Positions 1-11,560 of a DNA stretch of 64,000 bases are shown here, in pieces. Position numbers and translations under genes: made by a program. Every line of letters begins with the position of its first letter. Positions within the stretch are counted from its first letter, which is position 1. Location of the stretch: the NCBI GenBank assembly GCA_035084275.1, contig CM068750.1, forward strand, positions 8,184,001 to 8,248,000. The letters run 5' to 3'. Below the pieces are notes generated by a model. It searched no databases. It was not told the DNA's origin and was given only the letters and a program-made list of their open reading frames with translations. This DNA comes from Hydrolagus colliei (lineage: Eukaryota).

Positions 1-799
1 TAAAAACTTTCGGCACTTCTTAAGCAACTGATTCTTGAAGGAAATGTTGCATTGTTAGGTAAACTTTAAGTGACATCTGTTTTGCTACTGGCACTGGCAA
101 TCAGGTAGATTAATCCAACATTAGTCAGTCAGTAACATCTACATAAATACATACAGTGATTGGAATGAGATTCCCTCATAAAACAGCACATAATTGCCCC
201 TTCATTTGGCCATGTGCACCATCAGTTTCTTCAGGTTGAACAGGATGGGATGTCTCACCTGTGTCCTCAGATAGTGGTGATGCCATTGACATTTCCAGCA
301 ATGTTTCCACTTCATCAATTATCATCACAACAGCACCTTACTTTGGGTGTCTGCAGATGCTGGTGTTTGAGACCTGCCACCCTATTGCACAAACATGAAA
401 ACAGCTTTAGCAAACTAACAGTAAGCACATACTGAGAACTCAGCAGATGCCGCCTGTTCTAAAAAAAATACTGAAACAATAAATGCAAATCATTGCAATG
501 TTGTGTAATGGCAGTTAAAGGAATATTGTTTATCACTTGCCTGATGAAATGAGTTCCAAAGGCAAGAAGGTCAATTTAAATCTGCATATAATAAAGAGTG
601 TGCTAGTCAACACAACACACCAGACCTGTTAACTTTAAAAGGCATACCTGCCTTTCAATTGATTTAATAGGGGATGTTAAGGGATGTTGCTTCTTCTTCC
701 TCCATGAGCTGCCCCCTGAAGCTCTTGGCACTTATTCAGCCAATGTCAGCATGCATCAGCCTTGTTCTTTTCCATCTCGAACACTCTGGTTCTTTGTCC

Positions 800-1870
800 A
801 CTTAATGTTGTTTTCAATGTTTTCGGCAGTCCTCTCCATTTATTTTCATTTGACACACAACATTACACTTTAGGTAGTTTCTGGTGAGATTGCCTCCTAT
901 TTTTTAAGATGTTGACATAAGACATCAGTGGTCTGGTACAATTCTGAAACTCTTGCCTCCCAACTTATCCATCGCACGTTTTTGTAGCCTTCATCATCAT
1001 TATATTCCAGCCTTCGAAACAGCACTGGAATAATTTAGAGTTGAGTGTCTCATTACCTGTGATTAATTTGATTAATTTTGACTTGGGTGTTGATTGCACA
1101 GCTACATCCATCAATTCACTGCTACAGTGAAAACCGATAGCACCACATCAGCGACTTGATAGGGAATTAAAATATTTGCCACCAATTTACTGTCAAAATA
1201 GCTGCCAAGAGCAAATCATGCCTGTCTTAAACTGCATAAAATCCAAAGCAGATTGATGCAAAAAAAAGATTAACTTGTAGCTAATTTTTAAAAACTGAAA
1301 TAGAGATTAATACTCTCATCTTCCCTCCCAATAATTCCAAACCCAGATAAACTCAGGGTCAAGTAGAGTTCAGAGGCAATGCCTTTGCCTTGTTGAAGTT
1401 GATCTTTTTGGTGCCACAGATGTAGGATTCATTCTCTTTAAGGGATGAGTGTTTTTCATACTTGAATTTTTTAAATCACGTTTTTCCTTGTGATGTTCAT
1501 GTCACTCAGTATATTGGCACTTCCTGTTGCTAACAGTCAAAAGTTACTTTAATAATGCATCAAAGCCTAAGATGAGAACTTGGTTGATTTGAGGGTATGA
1601 TATGAGGAACTGAAGTGATGAGGACCATTTTCATGACTTTCTTTCTGCCATGATACAGGAATTGTAATTGTAAATTTACCTTTGAAGTCAAGATATTGTC
1701 TTGTCAGCATCATCTACAGACAGAATCATCAACTTCAGCATCAATTTAGATTTTTTTGAAATGTCTGATGTGCTTTCAAAACCTCATGTACATTATGCAA
1801 CATGCATGTTCATAATGCATCTTCTGAAATTACAACCAGATTTCAAATTTGAAAACGTTAGCTTTGAGAT
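800..1870 (-). mobile_element. Decayed Ty3/Gypsy pol relic (RNase H to integrase C-terminus)
   Basis: Minus-strand translation across stops and frameshifts gives ordered motifs: HEVLKAHQ (~GVKKFHQ), TIS*LQR*..YNY (~ASRLQRW..YNY), KTLIP..ILHLWH and KAKALPLNST*P (~KMKALARSYVWWP), ANILIPYQ...SELM (~LAxFLLxYR...SELLM), NCTRPLMSYV (~TGPLSYxV). Confidence 0.5.
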
Positions 1871-3049
1871 ATGTTTTGTGCTTCTATCTCTAAATGTAAC
1901 AAAACATAAATCATTTTAGTTAACAATAACTTCTTGAGTTCCCTTTTAAACAGTCCAGCAACCTTTATTATGTCTTAACAAATTAACAGTGAAAATGTAT
2001 TAATAGGGATCAAGAGATGAAAGTTTCACCACTTGCTGAGTCTTACTTAAATAAGGGCAAAGGAAAGATGAATGTCCACACCATCTGAATCATTGGAAGA
2101 GATGGCATTATCAAGACATCTCAAAATGCTCTATAGAATATACCGTAAAATGAATTGACTGTACACTTGTACAATGGGGTCTAAATTGTAGCAATTCAAA
2201 GCTGCAGTCTTTAATAATGACTCTGTCGTAAATAAAATCTCTTTCTGTGGTCTGGACATTTATTGTGCCTTTACACAGAAATTCCACTCTGAAAGTCAGT
2301 CATGTCAAAGTTGAGTAACTAAAAACTAATGTGAAGCACTTTTGGTTACTGGAGAACGATTTTAGTATCAACTCTGTTATTTAATGACTCCCATTGCAAA
2401 TACAGTAGCTACAGTTAGACCTAGCATGCAATTTCTACTTCAGCTTTCCTTAAAGGGTACGCTTTTCCATACTGTATCAATTAGCCATAAAAGCTCCCAG
2501 ATGCAAGCATGAAATACATTGCAGAACAAAATCGACCAAATAATAAGTGAAGTGCAAGAGTAGCACTTTCATTTCTGATCTGAGACAGGATTACACATAA
2601 TGCTGTCACTTCCAGGGTGACCCAAGCCAAGAAACTTTAAAACATGCTCTCTGAAGCTAGTTCATAGAACCTCCAGAAGCTGTTTTACCGCACTTGTTGT
2701 GAAAGCAAGTTCAAATGAATGTCAGATGAAAGATCCCAATGTTATCCTGAATATTCCAATGTTAAGCTAAGACTTTTCATGCTGAGTGGAAACACCATGA
2801 TAACTGTAAGTCTAACACTTTAAGACAGAAAATGATTGCATTGAAAATGCATTTTGAATGTTTTAATCAATTCCCCCCAAATGACAATTATTTCAGTGGA
2901 AAATGTCACTTGACAATTAAGATAGAATGTGATGAAGGGATATGAGACTGAGAATCAGGGTTGTGCTGATCTGGTGGCACGGCCTCTATTCAATATCTGA
3001 TGTGCAAAAGAAGGTGTGAAAACACATCTTTGTATTTTATTAACTTGGA

Positions 3050-3640
3050 ATTCAGGATCTGCAGACTTTGTGACATCAAAATATTTCAGCAAATGTACAT
3101 TTTTCAGCAGCGTCTTCGGTTCATTGAAGCTCCTTTCTAGGCTAAGCCACAGTGTTTATTTCTTTAACTGTATATACTGAATCATGCAGTAAGTATTGTC
3201 ACTAATTTGGTAAAGAATTTACAAAATAGTTAACTCAGATTGAGTTTCAATACACACTGCTGCTTTAAGATATTTTGTACAGTACTTCTACCTCCCTTAA
3301 CTACAAATACAAGTTCTTATGATGGAATATTTGAAAGTCCAAAATGTAGCATTTGCCCTTGTAAAGACATGTTAAATGTTTGCAAATTCTATTTGCATGG
3401 TGACCTCTGTAAGCAATTAATTTTGTGTTTGATTTTCTCATTGGATGCTTGTTAATCTTCTTGTAAATAATGTCTGCTAACAGATTGCATTCAGCATCTA
3501 CATTTAAAAAAATAACCTCCAGCATATTAATACAGTATTGAGTTTCAATTGGATTCTGTTTTCATTTAATTTTGTTGCTTTGTTCAAAGCTACTAAGAAG
3601 AATGATCCTCTGATTCTGAGGTCAATGCGAATAGTCTTCT
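3050..3640 (-). mobile_element. Decayed Ty3/Gypsy protease joined to the RT end/RNase H start (most of RT deleted)
   Basis: ORF 3301-3525 (VDAECNLLADIIYKKINKHPMRKSNTKLIAYRGH...LTCLYKGKCYILDFQI) resembles Gypsy aspartic protease. It is followed by VNYF-KFLPN and LKK*TLW..ERSFNEPKTLLKNVHLLKYFDVTK (~AFNELKxLLxxAPVLKYFD). Confidence 0.65.
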
Positions 3641-3658
3641 TACCACTTGTATCATCAA

Positions 3659-4017
3659 TGTAGGTTAGTGGTGACAGCACATGCCTTGCAAGCGAGAGGA
3701 CCTGGGTTCAATTCCCAAGCAGGGTGAAATGTTAGGCAACTTTCCCTACTCCACATGCCTCTGTTTACCTAGCAGTAAGTAGGAACCTGGTTGTTAGTCG
3801 ATTGGCAGATTGCTTTACCGGGGATTAATAAACTCTTTAAAAAAATTCACAAAAAGAAATAATCTGGTCACTCACTCCACAACTTTTATGGGACATTGCT
3901 GTGCACAAATGGTTGTAGCGTTTCACCTACAAAATATATTCAATTCACTTTACACTATACCATGTGAAGAGCTTTGAAATGTCTCAAAGACATAATGCAA
4001 GGATTACTATTATTATA
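3659..4017 (+). mobile_element. tRNA-derived Deu-domain SINE, long form, inserted in the Gypsy relic
   Basis: tRNA-like head with A/B boxes (gttagtggt...gggttcaattccc), middle segment gcctctgtttacctagcagtaagtagg, Deu-like tgggacattgctgtgcacaaatgg, tail aatgcaaggattactattatt. Confidence 0.85.
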
Positions 4018-4029
4018 TTCTCCTGAATT

Positions 4030-4620
4030 AGCTGTAACTGTATTTTCTGTAGCTTGAATTCTGAATGCCTGACTTTAGTAAAATAACTAGGATTTTAGTA
4101 GCAGTGACAAATTATTCTTTTCACTGGCAATTGCTGTTTAACCTGCATATTACCATGTCCACTGGAAGTAATGAAAAATTCCACATTGTTTGCTGTTTGT
4201 AAATTCAGATTTCTGTCTCCTTGTTTTATTCATTGGAATGTTAATGCATCCAAGGGTGATGGTGATTTTTCCATGCACATTTATTTCATCTGTTCTGTAA
4301 ATGTTAGTTATGGACAATGCCCAATACAATTCATAAAAACTATAATATTTGCAGTTGCAACTAACATCAAGGTCTGGTTGTGATTTGGCCACTATTGTTT
4401 AAGATCACGGTTAGCTTACTGAATTCACGTGACTTGGCTTCATTTCTTAATTTTGTCACAATAATCCATTGAATCACTGAATTTTTTATGTTGGAAGCCT
4501 GCCTGCCCAAGTTCTATTCCTGCAGGGAATGTAGAAGCTTTTCAGACGTTCCATCAGTCTTCTCAGCCTCTCTGTCTCCTCGTTCTTTTCACTTGTAACC
4601 TCATACTACCAAATCAGAAT
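4030..4620 (-). mobile_element. Decayed Ty3/Gypsy gag relic
   Basis: ETERLRRLMERLKSFYIPCRNRTW (~KLxxxMEKFExYCIPxKNxTW), IVTKLRNEAKSREFSKLT (~YVTELRxKAKTCEFG) and a degenerate Zn-knuckle region KQCGIFH. Collinear with, and upstream of, the protease relic on the same strand. Confidence 0.6.
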
Positions 4621-4644
4621 ATTTACTCAAACTTGAAATGCTAA

Positions 4645-4803
4645 CCATAGAACCATGACAATTTACAATAGAGAAGACCATTCGACCCATCATGTCTGTA
4701 TCAATCCTTTAATAGCAATCCTTTCTGTCCCATTTCCCTGCCCTATCCCCATACCACTGTAGGTAACTTATTTTAAGGTATTTACCTTGTTTCCTTTTGA
4801 AAG
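4645..4803 (-). mobile_element. CR1-type LINE 3' end fragment
   Basis: catagaaccat...gaccattcgacccatc...ccctgccctatccccata is homologous to the better-preserved copies at 28057 and 43717. Confidence 0.55.
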
Positions 4804-5610
4804 CCAGGAAACCTACTTCCTGCCATATTAGTGCTCTTTGCAAATGTTCACTGAAATTATACATCCCAAAAATGTGCTAATAGTGAATTTCCCATTAAAT
4901 ATTTATTGTTGGATATAGGAAATATGTTTACCATTTTGGTTTTATATTGATAGACTATGATTTGTATTGCTATTAATTCTTAATAAGATTAATCAAGTCA
5001 AAGTAAAAACATGCTATTTATCGAACATTTCGATACCAGGCTTTTCCAGGTTAAATATTTAACGAGCCATTTTATTTTAACTGCACAAAATACAGTGCTT
5101 GAAGGAAATCAACCAGTGAAATCTCCTTCCCAGGTACTAATCCCTCAAAGTTCCAAGGCAATAACAGCTCTCATTTAGCAGACTCTCTTTAGAATGGCTA
5201 ATTTAGAAAGATGCATGGTGCTGTGACTATTCCACAATGAAATTTACAGTTTAACAGCAGTGGCCAAGCAAAAATGACTTCAGTTTAACATTCAAACAAA
5301 GGTGAAACGCCTACCAAGTGTAACAACCACATTGCATGCTGGAATTCACAGGTAAATGGATCACGTTTTTACAATTTTGGCAGGCATTTTCTCTGCTTGC
5401 AGAGAAGAAACAGAACCATCTTGTTCTGTCTGCTGGGTTCGAGAGGCAGAGGAGCAGTAAATCAAATCATTCAAGCCACACCATTCGCAGGACATTGATA
5501 GTGATAAAGGTATGGCCGTGACTTATTAAGTATGGTACAGCTTATTCTTTGGTCATGATTTGAACCTTTGGAATACCGAATTCCTCTACCACTTTGAAGA
5601 GCACGGATCT

Positions 5611-6743
5611 TAATAATAATAATCCTTGCATTTTGATATAGCGCTTTTCACATCTTATCGACATCTCAACAACAACAACAATAGCAACAACTTTGATTTA
5701 TATAGTGCCCTCCACGCCAAATGGCGTCTCAGAGCGCTTCACAGTAGTGGATCCCGGGACCGAGCCAGGGGCAGGGGTAGAAAAGTGACCAAAGACGCGG
5801 TCGAAGAGAAAGGTCTTTGGCTGTGACCTGAAACTGGGAAGAGAGGGGGTGAGACGAAGGGAATGAGGAAGGGAGTTCCAGAGCCTTGGGGCATAGTGGC
5901 TGAAGGCACGGATGCCGAGGGTGGACGGAGGATTCGGGGGACATGGAGAAGGTTAGACCCGGTGGAACGAAGGCAGTGGGGGCTGGTTTGGGGAGAGAGG
6001 AGATCAGAGAGGTAGGGGGGGTGCTAGAGGAGTAGAGGGACTTGAAAACAAGGGTGAGAATCTTGAAGTCGATCCTTTCAGGGACAGGGAGCCAGTGAAG
6101 TCTGGCAAGGACTGGGGTAATGGGGGAGCGAAGCTTAGTGTGGATGAGTATGCGGGCAGCAGAGTTTTGAATTAGCTGGATTTTGTGGATTGTGGTGGAG
6201 GACAGACTGATGAGGAGGGCGTTGCAGTAGTCCAGCTGAGAGGTGACAAAGGCATGGACCAAGGTTTCAGCGGCTTTTGGGGTGAGGTATTGCCGGATAC
6301 GGGCGATCTGTCGGAGGTGGTAGAAGGTGGTGCTGGTGAGGGACTGGATGTGAGGGAGGAAGGACAGTTGGGGGTCGAACCTGACACCAAGGTTGCGCAC
6401 AGGTTCAGAGAGTTTTAGGGGCAGACCGGGAAGATGGAGGAGGTGAGAGCCATGCGAATGGAGACGTTGACGAGAGCCAAAGCGTTTCACAGAATATACT
6501 GTAAAGTGAATTAACTATATTTGTGGGTGAAACATGACAGCCAATTGCACACAGCAGTGTTCCCACAAACAGTCATGGATTGAAATGACCAATTTTTATT
6601 CTTGTGTTTTTTGGGGACGGATTATTGTTATTAGGCCTGTGAGTAAGGAAACTTGCCCAAGGTTTCATCCTGATCTTCCTGGATTCGAATACAGGTCTCA
6701 CACTTGTAAAATGAGTGCTCTGACCACTGAGCTACAGGAGCTC
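5611..6743 (-). mobile_element. Deu-domain tRNA SINE split by an L2 insertion (pieces 5611-5666 and 6478-6743)
   Basis: Tail taataataatccttgcattttgatatagcgc...gacatctcaa resumes after the L2 as agcgtttcacagaatatactg...; tRNA head ends at gagctacaggagctc. Confidence 0.9.
5667..6477 (-). mobile_element. 5'-truncated L2-clade LINE (ORF2 C-terminus, 3' UTR, (TTG)n tail)
   Basis: ORF 5729-6490 contains VRNLGVRFDPQLSF..HI, AAETLVHAFVTSQLDYCNALL, IQLIQNSAARIL, ITPVLARLHWLPVPERIDFKIL, with a frameshift after FKSL. GC-rich, with an (AAC)n tail at the left end. Confidence 0.93.
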
Positions 6744-7559
6744 TACAATGTTATTGTATAACATGTACTGTTACTCAAATTCATCAGATTAATATTTCAT
6801 CCCACCCCCAAATAATCTTTATTCATAAACAGTCACACATTTATGCAGTAAAATACATTTCTAAGTCCCTAAGAGCTGTAAGAAGAGCACGGCATTGTTA
6901 TTGAACTTCATTTAACCAACAAATGTGATGGACCGGGCAATTTCTTAGTTTGCTTGTCAAATGGCCCAATTGAAATTTGTAAAAAGAAATGCATCAAAGG
7001 TTCCCAGTGACAAAAGCAAAATAGTGTAACCTATGTTCAAATTGGATAGACCATAGTCCATTCATGCCAATTTGAATGGAAAATTTAACTCAGAGCTTAT
7101 TGGCTTTGCCCCATGACAGTTAATGTATTTTGTGTTGATGTAACTCAGAACAGTGCTACAGTAGTGAGGGTTGGACATGAGCAAGATTTTCATTTTCTGG
7201 TTGTTTACAGAGCTAGTCACAAAGGTATTCATTTTAACTGAATCAGCTGCACAAAACGATCTTTGTAACTCACATTGTACCCTTGTGAAGTGCATTGTAT
7301 AATTAATGCATCGAATAGCAGTCTGAATTTGATGAAAATGTAGACTGAGGGGTGAAGGGTTGAGTATAAAGCACTAAATATTCTATTTTGCCTGCAGTGT
7401 GCAATTATACTATCTGTCACACAATAATTTGACAAAATATTTGGTATAATTACCAGGCAGAACATGGTAATAAGGAGATGAAATAAAAAGTACAGTTTGT
7501 TCCATTTATTTTAAATGAAGCACAGTAGCTTTTCTTTGATCTATCTCTGTCGTAATTAA

Positions 7560-7960
7560 ATAATAATGACTGTGCCATGTGTGTGATCATTGTCAAACTA
7601 CGGTTGAGCTTGTTCAATGAGGGTCCATCACTTCTTGTGAGTAGCCACGGCCTGTTCCAATCCACGGGGACGTCAAGACACGTCCCCCACCCCCCCAGCA
7701 TCACCAAACATTCGCACTAGACCAGGGAAGTCTGTGTTCGATTGGTAGTGTATTTCCAGGTTTTTCTTGATTAAATATGTCTCACTTTATGGCAAAATCA
7801 AGAAAATGTATTGTGTTGGCAACCACTGGTGAAGCGGTTGACACGCCAGTAGCACCGGGGAAGCGCTATATTGATAGAGATGCCACACTTCGATATTAAA
7901 CTGTTTCTATTCACATTAACAATCCTGTGACTCGACCGACAAAGTTGTTTTACAGGCCAA
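7560..7960. promoter_or_regulatory. Possible promoter-like segment with local CpG retention
   Basis: More CpGs than the flanks; CCAAT 7657-7661, ATTGG 7741-7745, CRE-like GACGTCA 7669-7675, RFX-like GTTGGCAAC 7815-7823, CGGTTG at 7601 and 7835. Motif-level evidence only. Confidence 0.25.
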
Positions 7961-10091
7961 GACTGGAGGGAAGTTCAGCCTTATGATTTCTTCCCGTCTA
8001 CCCACCCCATCACTCCACACCCCACAAAAAATAAATGTTAACCTTAACATTGGCTTGACTTTTAACAGCTGGAGTTTTTGACTCTTACACACATTAGAAT
8101 GTAGAAAGCTTTTCAGACATTCCATCAGTCTTCTCAGCCTCTCTGTCTCCTGATGGAACAATATCAGAAACCTTTTTCACTACCGTGAGATGGACTGTAG
8201 AGTTTTTATGCTGTGCCACTGTCTCTTCCAGGAACATAAATGGGCCAGTGATTGGTAGGGACACCGAAAAGGAGGTCAACGGTTTCAACTTGTGCAGAAT
8301 GTTTGAAGGAGATGTGATCCAGAATTTCACGCAGGACCTGCTGGGTGAAGCTGCTCCTTCTCCATCGTGCAATCAAACACATTCGAATTTGAAACAAATA
8401 ATTCAAATGGATACTCCACAGCAAATTGCAGAAAAGACTGACCTTAAGAATGAGAAGTATTATGTCAAGACTGAACTTGCTTGCAGAGCCCAGCAATGTG
8501 AATTATCTGCTAGGTCACATGTTTATGGTGATAAAGTGTTTTAATTTCTACAATTATGTTATGTATTCCACTTACTCCAACAGGTTCAGTACGAACGGTT
8601 ATATTGAACACAAATGCTCAGTGTGTGCCCTGAGGAAAAATCAATGAAATGACCATTGCATTATTGGTCTTAAATGTCCACCAAATATCTTAGATAATCA
8701 GGTTTCTCTTTTTAAGTAAGAAGTCATTGAATTTTATATTGTAAGATTAGAACAATAAGTCTTTCATCGTTTTGTATATTTGAAACCTTTTTCGGTTATT
8801 TATTTTATCCATTGGCACAGCCTTTTAATGACCCAAATTTGAAAGTAATGTATTTTTGCACTTTTCTTTGACCACTTTTACATTGTGAATCTGAAGGCGT
8901 AAATAGTGATATTAAACTGGAGGGACTGGACCTATTTCTGCCACGTATACATTTACGTTGCACTTCCCAAAGGAATACATATATGTATATATGTTGTTAA
9001 GGTTTTGTTGAAGACAGTGTCAAAGCTGGGATTTTTTGATGCCTGGCCAATATTATATAATGTTGGGTTAGGAAGCTCTTTCAGTTGTGGTTAATGATGC
9101 AGAGTATTTTGATGTAATTGTACTCCCAACCCTTGACTTGCAATAATATATTGTGATGATGAACATAGTACAGTAATATGTGGCTCAATTAACTAAAGGA
9201 TTGAAACCTCTTCATGGTTTCAGCAATTACACTAATGGAAATTTCATTGGCAGGGTCTCTGGTTTCAGGCTGTTGGGAGCAGAGGGTTTTCAAAATTTAA
9301 CAGTGTTATTTCATGTCAGTGAAAGATTGTAAGAAAGTTCACAGCAAAATGGATGCTAAACCCATTATTTAAATTCATTATTTAAATCAAAACTCTATGC
9401 TTCTCTGAATATACCTTTCCTATTATTCCCTTGCTTCTTAAAATCAGCGTAATATTTGGAGAATTGGAATCCATTCAGAACAGTTACTGCTGGATCAGCC
9501 ATCAATATCGAGTCTGATTCAAAGGCTTTTTTTTTTAGCTGTACACAGTTTACTTCTTTAAGGATGAGTTAATTCTGTGTCAGACATAAAGGATGTTTCA
9601 TGAGTGACAGCAGTTCGTAATTTCTTTGTGTCTCTGCCAGTAACTCCTTTTTCTCTACTTCACAGGTTCAACCTTGATAATATTTTCTCTTCCTCCAGCC
9701 AAGCTGTTTCCCTTATTCAGGTACCTCCATAATTGCTTACAGTGCGAACAAGACTCATTTGCATGCTTTGCTTGTAAAAAACATACTTGTATTCTCTGTG
9801 TCACATATGAAGCAGAAAAATTCCATTGGGTGCAAAGCTGCCTGAAATCAAATATCTTTATCATCACGAAAAAGGCTAGACTTGATTTGTCCCCTGCAGT
9901 GTGGTGATTTCTGAATTTTTGTGGGTTGCTGCTACAACATTAAACCATTTAGCAGAGAAGCGATCATTATTATGACATGGCTGGGAAGTGTGAATAAACT
10001 GGACTCGGAAGGGCATCTACAGTTCTTACAGCAACAATGCCTTTCACAAAAGATAACATCCCAAAGCACTTTACATTTGCAGATTCCTCTC

Positions 10092-10399
10092 CAACAACAA
10101 CAACAAATTACATTCATATAGCACTTTCATATAGTGCTGGACAGTCAGGGATTCACCCCGGAGCTGTGGTTGGGATCAGGAGGAGTGGAGGGCCGGGAGG
10201 GTTGGGGTAGAACGGTGACCAAAGGCACAGTCGAAGAGGAGGGTCTTGAGACGGGTCTTCAAGGTGGCAAGGTAAGGGGCGAGGTGAAAGGACTATGGGA
10301 TGGAGTTCCAGAGGGTGGGGGCAGAGAGGTCGAAGGCCTGCTTGACAATGTAAGGGCGGGCAAGGCGGGAGACATGAAGCGGGCTGGAGCCAACGGAGC
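10092..10399 (-). mobile_element. L2 LINE 3' fragment
   Basis: (CAA)n tail plus attacattcatatagcac, then GC-rich sequence homologous to the ORF2 end of the 5667 and 20228 copies. Confidence 0.85.
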
Positions 10400-10419
10400 A
10401 GTTATGTTGTTAAAATTCC

Positions 10420-11270
10420 ATTTGTTACAACTGACTTTGTGATTTTTTTGATCACATCAAAGCATAATTCCAAAGATTATCCGGGTGGCATGGCTATAAA
10501 ATTGGTTGCGCATCTGTGAAACACATCCTGGAGTTAAATTGCTTTCCATTGTTCAAATTAACTAGAGTCCCACCATCATCTTCAATTCCCATCAGAAGAA
10601 ATCCAACTGCTTTACAAGGAATATGATTATCCCATGGAGACCATATTCTTAACATGCTGTAAAGATCTATGGAGCTGTTTGTTCTGATCATTTGGACCTT
10701 GACAGGTGAGCGGGATCATATCCACAAGGCATCCCTCAATTGGAAACAAGATAATGAACTTCATTCTTGCATGCAGATAGTTTGAGGACCCCGATGTCTT
10801 AAAGCAAATTTAGAATTGCAAATGTATAAGACTGTGGATTTTAAATGTTTCAAACAACAATGCTGGCAGGTGACGGGATGATTTAATGCTTCGAATGCTT
10901 GTGATATAGCTGCTTAGGCAGGAATGAGCGGTTGGGGGCAGCAGCCTCTTTATCTGGTGGCGGGCAGCCAGGAATCAGAATTATTATACGTGATCTACAG
11001 GCAGAGATGGCAGTTGCTGCAATACATATTTATAAACACATCTGGGCAAAAATTTATCCAACCTATACCATTAGAGGCAGAACAATTTGTGTCTTCAGGC
11101 AGAAGATCATTTGAAGAGCAAATTTCGAAGAGGCATGGAAATCTTCTGCTTTGAACTGTTTCAACTTGGAGAAGAGTATGTTAATCAGACGTCTGCTTCA
11201 ACTTTGAAGGAAAGTCAACTGAAGAGAAAAGACCTCTACAATAAATTCCTTTCATTGTTGTCAAGCTTTA
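10420..11270 (+). mobile_element. Ancient L1/Tx1-clade ORF2 relic (RT C-terminal part)
   Basis: Ordered degenerate motifs: FQRLSG..YKI (~FxxxSGYKIN), LYKEY, TLTG (~LSLxGR), GGGQPGIRIIIRDLQAxW...HIWAKI (~GGLxxPD...LQAxW), FEEAWK, KDLYNKFL. Confidence 0.4.
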
Positions 11271-11399
11271 CTTTAAAACCCGACTTGTTACTTTGTGGGC
11301 TGCATCTTCTCAGTTTGTTTCTCTGCTATGAAAATCCCTTTGAAGATCCTACGGCCTGATTCGAATAGACAATAAAGTATCTCTGTTTCTCTGGCCCGA

Positions 11400-11560
11400 T
11401 AAAATTGGTCATTCACTTTTCGTGGCTGTTTGTGGGACTGCTGTGGGCAAATTGACTGCATACAAAACACACAGTCACCGCACTTCACAGCAAATCCTAC
11501 AAAGTATTTGAGACGTGCTCTTGACGTGGAATGCAACTATATGAAATGCGAGGCTTATTG
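11400..11560 (+). mobile_element. Degenerate Deu-SINE 3' half
   Basis: aattggtcattc...gtttgtgggactgctgtgggcaaattgactgc...gagacgtg...gacgtg...atgcgaggcttatt. Confidence 0.65.

Noticed and set aside
200-1825. Minus-strand spliced pseudogene (donor at 647, acceptor at 454, Walker-B-like VMIIDEVETLL near 300-340)
   Set aside because: There are stops in all frames, 800-1870 is better explained as a Gypsy pol relic, and the Walker-B-like string has no Walker A or other AAA context.
2570-2760. Second integrase-like motif (SFREHVL...GHPG)
   Set aside because: A single short match that duplicates the region already assigned at 1340-1480; it may be chance.
8185-8544. 119-aa ORF as a protein-coding gene
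   Set aside because: No recognisable domain, a non-ATG start and no partner exons. Kept only as a speculative finding.
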